A stretch of DNA of 32,000 nucleotides from the NCBI RefSeq assembly GCF_008000775.2, contig NZ_CP042905.2, positions 1,770,001 through 1,802,000 on the forward strand. Direction: 5' to 3'. This DNA is from Promethearchaeum syntrophicum. Lineage in GTDB: Archaea; Asgardarchaeota; Lokiarchaeia; Sigyniarchaeales; Promethearchaeaceae. The notes under the pieces are model-generated. The model did no database searches. It was not told where the DNA came from and was given only the letters and a program-made list of their open reading frames with translations. Both the position numbers and the translations under genes were made by a program. Every line of letters begins with the position of its first letter. The first letter of the stretch is position 1. This document shows positions 1-7,989 of this stretch, piece by piece.

Positions 1-2
1 AT

Positions 3-2555
3 CATTATGATACAGCAGTAGTCACTGTTGTTGGTCCACCAATACCAACGCCTTTTAATTGGCTAACATTAGCTGGTCCTCAAACATGTGATGTAGGAGA
101 TACAATCTATCTCACTTGGAAGGCTGAATCGGGTTTTAGTGATAGATGGACACAACTTGAACGAAGTCTGCATGGATATGACAATTGGATAAATGTTGAT
201 TCTACTGCTGGGTGGAGTGATGATGTTGATGTTACATTTGAAGTGACTGTACCCACTGATGTTGGTGTTGGAGAAACTGAAATTTATGATTATAGAGTAA
301 ACTTTCATGATGATTCTAGAGAAAACTATCATGATTCCAGTTATTATACCGGTAATCATTATAATATAACTGAAGTCACTGTTGTTGGTCCAAGGGCTTT
401 TAGTTGGTTAACGTTAGCTGGTCCCCAAACATGTGATTTAGAGGAAGGGAATACTATCTATCTCACTTGGAAGGCTGATTCGGGTTTTGGTGATGATAGA
501 TGGACAACCCTTGAACGAAGTCTGCTTGGAGAAGACGATTGGGAAGAGGTTGATTCTACTTCTGGGTGGAGTGATAATGAGGATGTTACATATGAAGTGA
601 CTGTACCTACTGTTGAATGGGGAGAAACTGAATATTATGAGTATAAAGTAAACTTTCATGATTCCAGTCCTGGTGATAATAATCATGAGCATATAGCAGA
701 AGTCACTGTTGTTGGTCTGCCAGGACCAACGCCTTTTAAGTGGCTAATAAATCCTCCTCTTGAGCAAACATGCTATTTAGGGGATGGGAATACTCTCTCT
801 CTCACTTGGAAGGCCGAATCAGGTTTTGATAATGATAGATGGGCAAAACTTGAATATAAAGTGAAAGGTATTGGCGATTGGATGCATGTTGAATATTATC
901 CTGGGTGGCTTGATAATGATGATGTTACATTTCCAGTGATTCTACCAGCGGTTCTTCCTGGAGATACTATCATCTATGAATATAAAGTAACCTTTCATGA
1001 TGATTCTAGAGTAAGCTTTTATGCTTCCAGTGAAAGTTCCGGTATTCATGAGGATACAGTAGAAGTCACTGTTGTTGGTGAGACAGCACTATATCTATCA
1101 TTGACTCCTCTAGAAAGAACTAGTTCATATGGGACAAGTATAAGTCTTATTTGGAAGGCCCATTCAACGCTAGATTCAGACCACACAGCAGAATTATTCC
1201 AAGATTCCGATCCTGATCCGATAGACAGTAAAGTTTGGACTGATGGTGAAGAAATTAGTTTTTCAGTCGATTTACCTGTAGTTTCTTATGGAATTCAAGA
1301 GGTCTATTACCACATAGTAGTATCTGATACATATGATACAGTTAATGATACAGTAAAAATCACAGTTACTGGGTTAGCTGATACCTTCTTATATGATGAT
1401 CCTGATGACGGTATGGGCAATCCAAAGGATTATTGTGGTGTTGCTTTTGTTGCTTGGGAAGAATCCTATAGTGCTTCTGATGTAGCATATAGTGGTGAAT
1501 TACCAGATCTAAATGAATTATACACATTAAAAGATTTTAATTATGTTCAAAATCTGAAAGATAATGGATATAAGGTATTCCATGTATCAGATTATGAGAA
1601 GGCAGAATATTTTGATGTGTTTCTCGAAGCGTTGGCTCTAGCAGATGTTTTTGATACACGGATGTTTGTTATGACATTCATGCACGGAGCTTTCTTAACG
1701 GGAACTGAATGGAAAGTTCCTAATGATTTTCTTGATGGAAGTGATATTACTTTTGGAGATTTTACAGATCAACTCACTCCTGAAAAAATTATAAGTTCTG
1801 CTGCTATTCATTATCCAGGATATGTTGCTGAAGGACAAGTTGAAGAATTGATATTTTATGCAGCTCCTTGTTTTGCAATGACAGCATTAATTCCTAATGG
1901 ATTAGGTTATAATCTTGGTACCGAAGATGATGGACTTAAGAGAATTTCAAAAGCCGGAGTTATATTTGGAGTTAAGGGGGAACAAGGAAAGGTTGCTGAT
2001 TTACCTCGCTTTCTTCATAACTATATAATCAATGGTTTTTCTCTAGTAACATCATATGATCATGCTCACGATGATGCAAGCGACGTGAGATATATACATT
2101 GGGGGACCACTGGTTATATATGGGACAAACCTTTGTTTTCTACAGATAAACCTAATTATTCTCCAATTAATGATGGGAAATTAGATCGTCATGAAAGTGA
2201 ATATATAAATCAATTATTGATTAGTGTTGAATATACTATAGGGCCTGATATTTATTTTCACTCTATAATTACAATTTCAACCTATATAGAAACCTCTGCT
2301 ACTGGTGATTATTTTACTAAATATAATTGGGCTGTAGATTACAGATATTATTATTATATGAACAAAGATGACATCATTACACACTTTGCGGATCCGGATC
2401 AAGATGCTTCTGAAATCTTTTGTGATTTCTTTTATGTTCTTCCTACTGGCGAATGGTTCATATTTGATGTGACATATTATAGTGATGGCTCCTATAACGA
2501 ATATCATACACCATCCTTTGGTGGTTGGGTATGTGAAATTGAGGTCCTATGGTAA
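3..2555 (+). CDS. Secreted/surface protein, 5' end truncated by window edge: tandem ~112-115 aa Ig-like repeats followed by a possible divergent clan-CD cysteine peptidase-like domain
   Basis: The listed ORF begins at an internal GTG (243), but the frame is open to the left edge (HYDTAVVTVVGPPIPTPFNWLTLAGPQTCDVGDTIYLTWKAESGF...). Repeated WLTLAGPQTC..GD/GNTIYLTWKAESGF...DRW segments. TAA at 2553-2555 followed by a T-run. Confidence 0.85.
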   Translation, partial: HYDTAVVTVVGPPIPTPFNWLTLAGPQTCDVGDTIYLTWKAESGFSDRWTQLERSLHGYDNWINVDSTAGWSDDVDVTFEVTVPTDVGVGETEIYDYRVNFHDDSRENYHDSSYYTGNHYNITEVTVVGPRAFSWLTLAGPQTCDLEEGNTIYLTWKADSGFGDDRWTTLERSLLGEDDWEEVDSTSGWSDNEDVTYEVTVPTVEWGETEYYEYKVNFHDSSPGDNNHEHIAEVTVVGLPGPTPFKWLINPPLEQTCYLGDGNTLSLTWKAESGFDNDRWAKLEYKVKGIGDWMHVEYYPGWLDNDDVTFPVILPAVLPGDTIIYEYKVTFHDDSRVSFYASSESSGIHEDTVEVTVVGETALYLSLTPLERTSSYGTSISLIWKAHSTLDSDHTAELFQDSDPDPIDSKVWTDGEEISFSVDLPVVSYGIQEVYYHIVVSDTYDTVNDTVKITVTGLADTFLYDDPDDGMGNPKDYCGVAFVAWEESYSASDVAYSGELPDLNELYTLKDFNYVQNLKDNGYKVFHVSDYEKAEYFDVFLEALALADVFDTRMFVMTFMHGAFLTGTEWKVPNDFLDGSDITFGDFTDQLTPEKIISSAAIHYPGYVAEGQVEELIFYAAPCFAMTALIPNGLGYNLGTEDDGLKRISKAGVIFGVKGEQGKVADLPRFLHNYIINGFSLVTSYDHAHDDASDVRYIHWGTTGYIWDKPLFSTDKPNYSPINDGKLDRHESEYINQLLISVEYTIGPDIYFHSIITISTYIETSATGDYFTKYNWAVDYRYYYYMNKDDIITHFADPDQDASEIFCDFFYVLPTGEWFIFDVTYYSDGSYNEYHTPSFGGWVCEIEVLW
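33..1085 (+). repeat. Protein- and DNA-level tandem repeats of about 336-345 bp (~112-115 aa)
   Basis: The TGG codon of the 'PFxWL' motif recurs at 60, 405 and 741 (spacing 345 and 336 bp). Nucleotide identity is visibly high between the first two copies (caaacatgtgat..., atctatctcacttggaaggctga.tcgggtttt, cttgaacgaagtctgc). A fourth diverged copy starts near 1080. Confidence 0.85.
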
Positions 2556-2563
2556 TAACATCC

Positions 2564-2575
2564 TTTTTTTTTTTT
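2564..2575 (+). terminator. Poly-T tract, probable archaeal intrinsic terminator
   Basis: Run of 12 T starting 9 bp after the stop codon at 2555. Confidence 0.5.
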
Positions 2576-2647
2576 ACATTTTTTCAAAAATAAATCCCAT
2601 TTGATGGGTATGAAGGCTATATATTTCAGTTGATTCAACAGATATGG

Positions 2648-2779
2648 TCATCTTAATTTTATCTTTTTATTCAAGGAGCGAAGTTCGTTGCTTAAATTCT
2701 TCAATTTTAACTCTTTTTGAGGCTTTATTGGATCTTTCGATGATAATTTCTCAATATCTGCTTGTAAATCGATAAAGGA
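2648..2779 (-). pseudogene. Possible C-terminal remnant of a coiled-coil gene (no start codon)
   Basis: The minus-strand frame reads SFIDLQADIEKLSSKDPIKPQKELKLKNLSNELRSLNKKIKLR*, amphipathic and protein-like. It is preceded in frame by a stop at 2780-2782 and is not in the supplied ORF list. Confidence 0.3.
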
Positions 2780-2809
2780 CTAAATTTTCTTTTTTTTTTT
2801 ATTGATTTA

Positions 2810-3373
2810 TTGTTGTTTTTTATTAAGATAGATTCCCAAATGATGAAAAGGGCCGCAGCTATAGTTGCTAATATACTTTCCATAAACCCAATTTTAGGAC
2901 CTGATGATCTTAGGGATTTTCTTAGATCCACTGCAGAAAAAGGATCTGATTACGATTATTTTGATAGAAGCCTCCTCCCTGGAGGGTGGCCAAGTGGATG
3001 GAATAGGAAAGTTGGGTATGGAACAATTGCAAATGGTATATACACTATAGCCGAAACATATTGGGATCCAATTCCGCTCCCTACAATCACTTCACCGCCA
3101 GATATATATGTGGGGTCCGGATCAAGTGGCAACCAAATCTCTTGGACAGCAGATTCATCCCAGCCATTATTTCAGCATATATATGAAATATATATAAATA
3201 ATGATATACGGTATTATGGGGCCTATAATGATGGTATTACATTTATTTATACTTTTGCTGCCCCGATTGTAACACCAAGTCATCAAATTAATGTTATTTA
3301 TAAATGCTGTGTATATAACGCATTTGGATATACTGAAGATATTTTGGTTGTTACCGTAGTCGGTGATTATTAA
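2810..3373 (+). pseudogene. C-terminal fragment of a subtilisin-like (S8) serine protease plus Ig-like tail; catalytic region missing
   Basis: AAAIVANILSINPILGPDDLRDFLRSTAEKGSDYDYFDRSLLPGGWPSGWNRKVGYGTIANGIYTI matches the end of an S8 domain (GTSMAxPHVAGxxALxxSxNPxLTxxELRxxLxxTA...GYGxxNAxxAV). The GTSMAxPH Ser motif is absent; the fragment opens after a poly-T region. Confidence 0.6.
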
Positions 3374-3492
3374 TTCCTAAAAATTACCGAGATCTTTCGT
3401 GATATTTTTTAATCACGTTTTTTTCTACTTTTTTTAGATAAAAATCGCTTACTCAATTTGATTTTATATATTTATGATTTCTAATTCTATAG

Positions 3493-5607
3493 ATGATTAT
3501 TACAACCGTAAATCAAAATTTATTCTTGAATATATGGCAACCAAGCGCGCCCAAACCCAGAAAATACCAGCTTAACATATTCGCACATGCAAAAAAGGAA
3601 AATTTGTTAGTGGTTATTCCAACGGGGTTAGGAAAAACGTATATTGCCACACTTCTTGGAGTTCACTTTCTAAAAAAATTTGAAGGATCCAAAAACATAA
3701 TTTTTCTTGCTCCTACTCGTCCTCTTATCTCTCAACATATCCAATCCCATAAAAACCATGTAAATTTAGGAGAACTTGGATTCATGGAACTCACGGGAAA
3801 GATCAAACCAGAGAAAAGAAAGGAAATTTTTGAAAATCCCGAAACCCAATTTTTATTCATGACTCCCCAAACTCTCAGAAATGATCTCCAAAAAGAACTC
3901 TACAATCTTCACAATACAGCCCTCATTATTTTTGATGAAGCCCATCGGGCAACAGGAGAATATGCCTATGTGCCGATCGCGGAATTTTACCACAAGCAAA
4001 ACCCCGAAGGAAGAATTTTGGCATTAACCGCATCCCCTGGAAAAAAAGAACATCGAGAAATGATTCTTAATAACCTGCATATTCCCCTGAAAAACATTGA
4101 ACGAAGAGAAAAGCAAGATTCGGATGTCAAAGACTATACCCATAAAATCGACGAGATTATAATTGGAGTCGATTTAACCCAAGAAATGAAGGAAATTCGC
4201 GATGGGTTGCTTGAGATTAAAGAAAAAACTATTGCTCAATATATTGAATTTAACCTCAATTACGATCCCGAAGCCCCCACGGATCCCCAAAAATACCATC
4301 GGGGATATTGTGCGAAACAGGTAAGGCGTCTCACAAGTGCCCTCACCAAAAATCAAGGAGGAAACACGCGAACTCTTAGGATATTAATTTCTATGAATGC
4401 CCGTCTGTTCAAAATCCATCATCTTATCGCCACTCTTGAAGTGCAAGGGCTTGATATCACGTTCAAAGCGGCGGAAAAAATGAAAAAGAAGATCGATAAA
4501 GGAGTGGCTTCCAAAGCGGATGTCTTTCTTTTTCGCGATTTTACATTCCAAAAAATTTGGAATTATATGTGTGAAATTCATACTAATACCCCCGAAAAAA
4601 TGACGCATCCGAAAATGACACGTCTTATCAGCGTTATTTCCTCGCAATTGGAAGACGCACCCGAGAGCAGAATACTTATTTTTGCCGATCTAAGAGATAC
4701 CGTCACAAGAATAACTCGAGAATTAAACAAAATCCCTAATTGTAGGGCAAAAAAATTTGTGGGGCAAGCAACCAAAAATGCTGCAGATAAAGGACTGAGT
4801 CAAAAAGCACAAATTCAACTTCTTAGGGAATTTTCAGCAGGCACATATAATATCTTGGTTGCCACATGCGTAGCGCAAGAGGGGTTGGATATCTCGGAAT
4901 GCAATGTGGTTATTTTCTATGATAATTCCGCATCGGAGATCAAATCCATTCAGCGATCGGGGAGAACAGGAAGATCAAAGGATGGAAAAATTATCAGGCT
5001 ATATACCAAGAACACCCAAGAAGCCATGAATTTATACATCACCCAAAGAAGAAAGAAAGGGGCGAAACCCCATTTTCACCTTCCAAACGTGAAACCATCA
5101 AAATCCCTATTGGATTATTCTAACCATAATAAAATTTCTCCACCAAATGATTCCATTATTCCAAAATTAGAGGGAGAAAAGCCCGAAATCTCCGTGCAAA
5201 TCAACCCCCAAATTTATGATGCATATAATTTAGGTGCTGCCGTCCCCGTGGAATTTGCGGTAAATAAAAAACAAGGGAATTTCGATTTGAGTTTCCCTGT
5301 GCCGATCACCCAAGTCGGGATAGCTGTAATGAATTCCACCATGGTGTCACTGGTTAAATTTGATACGCTTTTTCTACGGAATCTCGATAGAAAGAAGGAT
5401 ACCGTCAAAACCTTTATTATTTTACTGGATGCCCGCGATATTTCTGAAAATGACAGGATCCTTCTAACGAAGAGAATCGAATCAATAAAAAAAATCACGG
5501 GGATCGGAATTATTCTTTTCTCATCGATTGAAAAGTTCCACTTGATGATAAGAACTATTCTCGCAAAATATAACAAGAGTATTCAGAATGAACTGATTGG
5601 TGGTTGA
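3493..5607 (+). CDS. Superfamily 2 DEAH helicase, Hef/MPH1/FANCM-like
   Basis: VVIPTGLGKTYIA (Walker A), FLAPTRPLISQH, FDEAHRATGEYAY (DEAH), LALTASPG, ILVATCVAQEGLDI, VIFYDNSASEIKSIQRSGRTGR (motif VI). 704 aa. Confidence 0.9.
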   Translation: MIITTVNQNLFLNIWQPSAPKPRKYQLNIFAHAKKENLLVVIPTGLGKTYIATLLGVHFLKKFEGSKNIIFLAPTRPLISQHIQSHKNHVNLGELGFMELTGKIKPEKRKEIFENPETQFLFMTPQTLRNDLQKELYNLHNTALIIFDEAHRATGEYAYVPIAEFYHKQNPEGRILALTASPGKKEHREMILNNLHIPLKNIERREKQDSDVKDYTHKIDEIIIGVDLTQEMKEIRDGLLEIKEKTIAQYIEFNLNYDPEAPTDPQKYHRGYCAKQVRRLTSALTKNQGGNTRTLRILISMNARLFKIHHLIATLEVQGLDITFKAAEKMKKKIDKGVASKADVFLFRDFTFQKIWNYMCEIHTNTPEKMTHPKMTRLISVISSQLEDAPESRILIFADLRDTVTRITRELNKIPNCRAKKFVGQATKNAADKGLSQKAQIQLLREFSAGTYNILVATCVAQEGLDISECNVVIFYDNSASEIKSIQRSGRTGRSKDGKIIRLYTKNTQEAMNLYITQRRKKGAKPHFHLPNVKPSKSLLDYSNHNKISPPNDSIIPKLEGEKPEISVQINPQIYDAYNLGAAVPVEFAVNKKQGNFDLSFPVPITQVGIAVMNSTMVSLVKFDTLFLRNLDRKKDTVKTFIILLDARDISENDRILLTKRIESIKKITGIGIILFSSIEKFHLMIRTILAKYNKSIQNELIGG

Positions 5608-5650
5608 TTTATCGTTTGATAAGTATATTTAAAAAAATACCCACGGAAAT

Positions 5651-6991
5651 TTAGGAAGATCTTATCCTCAAATTCTTGTGCAAGATTAAAGAAATTCCAA
5701 TTAGTGAGATGATTCCTATCATAAATAAGGGAGGTCCAGCTATGGATTTTGTACTAATTTCAAATTTTGGGGATATATCATATATAGCATCATCATCCGT
5801 GTCAAGTACTAGCACTTGATAATCATCTCCATCATACACATCCTCTTCAGTTATCGTCCACGTTCCCGCCCATCCATATTCTTCCTGAGTATAGTCATTG
5901 TTATATGTGAGATGCCAATTTGCAATGGTTTCAACATAGACGCTGTCTTTATACAAATAAATGCCCACAGTTTCGATATACCCTGTGGTCTCAATACGTA
6001 TTAAATTTTCGCCCACTTCAAATTGAGAAGAAATATTTGGGGAGAGTAAGGTGATGGAGGGATCATCTCCGTTATGGTTAATTTTAAAATAATTTGAATA
6101 GGAATATACATTGGGATCTTCATAATCGGTCAATTTAATTCGGTATCGGTCGCCTCGATAATCATCAAAGCTATATATTGTCCAAATAAAGGAACCTGAA
6201 TTTTCCTCATATCCCGAATATCCATGTAATTCTTCCAGATATAATCCTTCATCATATAGGGCGATTTTTACTTTCTCAATATTTCCGATGGTATTCCAAG
6301 AAATTGTGTAATCTTCACCAGATACCCATATTGAGAAACTTGAAGGGGATAGAATTGAAAAACTCGCGTCCTCAAGATATGTCCAGATTAAATAGGGTAA
6401 ATTATTCTCACCATATTCATATTCCCGAGAATATATGATTATGGTATCAAAAGATCCCAAATCACAACATACGGCAAGAAACAATTGATCTCCCTCAATA
6501 TAATCTGTTACATTAATATTGATTATCCCATCTCCTGTGAGGGTGAAGGTTGCGATTTTATTTCCAAAAGAGGGTTTAGTGTTCCATGTAACAGAACTTT
6601 CCTCCCAACTTGATGTGTTAAAAATTTCAACTTCGGTGGTTTCTCCAACACTCCAAAAATCTAAGGCAATTTCCGCTCTTAGGTATTCTGCAGGTTTATC
6701 GGTAAAATTAAAGGAAAGTAATGCGATACTTCTATTATTGTCTCCGACATAAAACCAATCTTGCCCTCCGTAATTGGAAGATGGGTAATCTGCATCAATA
6801 TATGTGTCTTGTTCTGCAACGGTTTTAATCGTTGTGTTCCGTTCAATCGCCCCCGATGGAGGCTGTTCAATGTCACTAGTATGCCAAGATCCTCTTGTGT
6901 CGCATAGTGGAGTTGGTTCAGCGAAATTTTCAGAAATTGGGGTGAACAAAAGAAGTATAAAACCTATAAGTATCCTATTTTTGCTTTTCAT
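5651..6991 (-). CDS. Secreted/membrane-anchored protein: signal peptide, DNRLRE-like domain, two Kre9/KNH-like beta domains, C-terminal TM helix
   Basis: N-term MKSKNRILIGFILLLFTPISENFA; DTYIDADYPSSNYGGQDWFYVGDNNRSIALLSFNF...WEESSVTWNTKPSFG (DNRLRE-like); FSILSPSSFSIWVSGEDYTISWNTIGNIEKVKIALYDEG and ITLLSPNISSQFEVGENLIRIETTGYIETVGIYLYKDS; C-term PPLFMIGIISLIGISLILHKNLRIR. Confidence 0.8.
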   Translation of the reverse strand: MKSKNRILIGFILLLFTPISENFAEPTPLCDTRGSWHTSDIEQPPSGAIERNTTIKTVAEQDTYIDADYPSSNYGGQDWFYVGDNNRSIALLSFNFTDKPAEYLRAEIALDFWSVGETTEVEIFNTSSWEESSVTWNTKPSFGNKIATFTLTGDGIININVTDYIEGDQLFLAVCCDLGSFDTIIIYSREYEYGENNLPYLIWTYLEDASFSILSPSSFSIWVSGEDYTISWNTIGNIEKVKIALYDEGLYLEELHGYSGYEENSGSFIWTIYSFDDYRGDRYRIKLTDYEDPNVYSYSNYFKINHNGDDPSITLLSPNISSQFEVGENLIRIETTGYIETVGIYLYKDSVYVETIANWHLTYNNDYTQEEYGWAGTWTITEEDVYDGDDYQVLVLDTDDDAIYDISPKFEISTKSIAGPPLFMIGIISLIGISLILHKNLRIRSS

Positions 6992-7092
6992 TTGATTTCA
7001 TTTACAAATTATTGCTTGAGTATAAAAATGTTACCAAGTTATCATTGATGTTAAATTATAATTTCATTGAAGATTTTGGTCTTATAACCAAC

Positions 7093-7806
7093 TTAGGTAT
7101 TGAGGGATCGGTACAATTTTCGATACCTGGAACAAACATTTACAAGGGTATTATTGGATTTCTTTTTTTTTTGTTTCTTAAATTTGCGACTTTTGCGAGA
7201 AGACTCAAATCCTTCGAAATCATCAATAAACTCTTTCCATTCGGCTTCATGGTGATGTTCACCCTTGTCTTCCTGAACTTTCTTTTCGTATACCGAGCAC
7301 AGTTCTTCAAAGATATGATCGGTTAGCAGAAAGGTAATGGTCTGGTTATTCTCGAACATGGCCATTATTTCATTTTTTTGCTCGGATTTCCCCTTTTCAA
7401 TCAGATGCACAAAGATATTGGTATCCAACACCACCATGGAATCCGCCGGGAGTTTATCGATATCTTGGGGCCAATAACAATCATAATCGAGATAGGCGGT
7501 AATTTGCGTCAGCAGGTGGTGATCATACGAAACTACCCCAAATCCATTCTCCGCCGCAATATAGGCAAGGGCAAAATCATCAAAGGAAAAGGGGATCGGA
7601 TGGTAGGGATTCTCTTTTTCAATGAATTCGTAATGTTCCTGGTAAGCACCAAATTTGAAAAAAGGAACGTGGAGATGATTGATATTAGTAAGCACCGCTT
7701 TAGACAAATTCATCTGAAGTAATTTGGAACGGATCTTATCTCGATTATATAAAGAGCGGATTACCAAATGTTTATTGATATCTTCGATGAATTGGGGGCT
7801 GGTCAT
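7093..7806 (-). CDS. PIN-domain-like protein with apparently permuted motif order
   Basis: SFDDFALAYIAAENGFGVVSYDHHLL (C-terminal PIN motifs) precedes MVVLDTNIFVHLIEKG...LLTDHIFEELCSVYEKK (N-terminal PIN motifs). Lys-rich stretch KSRKFKKQKKKKSNN. In-frame TGA shortly upstream of the ATG. Confidence 0.7.
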   Translation of the reverse strand: MTSPQFIEDINKHLVIRSLYNRDKIRSKLLQMNLSKAVLTNINHLHVPFFKFGAYQEHYEFIEKENPYHPIPFSFDDFALAYIAAENGFGVVSYDHHLLTQITAYLDYDCYWPQDIDKLPADSMVVLDTNIFVHLIEKGKSEQKNEIMAMFENNQTITFLLTDHIFEELCSVYEKKVQEDKGEHHHEAEWKEFIDDFEGFESSRKSRKFKKQKKKKSNNTLVNVCSRYRKLYRSLNT

Positions 7807-7959
7807 ATCTGATATAATTCAATATTTCGCTATTTAAACCACGAAGAATTCCGAGGATTATAGTAAATAATTAATTTGAGTGAAAATCCGATTTTAAATA
7901 CTAACGATATTTTCTACAAATACTTAAGCACAATTTTTTTATAGGAGTTTAACAAAATT

Positions 7960-7983
7960 ATGTCTAATAAAAGTCAAAAGTGA
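7960..7983 (+). other. Possible 7-codon upstream ORF (MSNKSQK*) in the leader of the LamG-caspase gene
   Basis: atgtctaataaaagtcaaaagtga at 7960-7983, preceded by ataggag at about 7941-7947; the downstream CDS begins at 7990. Confidence 0.15.
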
Positions 7984-7989
7984 ATTCAA

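Noticed and set aside
69-692. Minus-strand ORFs 69..359 and 438..692
   Set aside because: They are antisense to the tandem repeats and resemble each other only because the DNA is repeated; composition is low-complexity Ile/Ser-rich.
2277-2507. Minus-strand ORF antisense to the surface-protein gene
   Set aside because: Overlaps the well-supported plus-strand CDS; no recognisable domain.
2725-2931. Minus-strand 68-aa ORF
   Set aside because: Antisense to the S8 fragment N-term and crosses the poly-T tract; no protein-like pattern. The alternative minus frame (2648..2779) looks more coding-like.
4174-5576. Minus-strand ORFs within the helicase gene (4174, 4384, 4578, 5214)
   Set aside because: Shadow ORFs opposite a CDS with complete helicase motifs.
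5816-6995. Plus-strand ORFs and a minus-strand alternate-frame ORF inside the DNRLRE gene
   Set aside because: They overlap a strong CDS with signal peptide and TM anchor; translations show no domain.
7012-7722. Plus-strand ORFs 7012..7326 and 7378..7722
   Set aside because: Mostly antisense to the PIN-like gene; the hydrophobic appearance of the first comes from antisense of Lys-rich codons and the poly-T stretch.
3493-7806. Helicase plus PIN-like protein as a two-gene defence system
   Set aside because: They are separated by an oppositely oriented secreted-protein gene, and the helicase and PIN-like genes are convergent to each other; no direct evidence of coupling beyond similar codon style.
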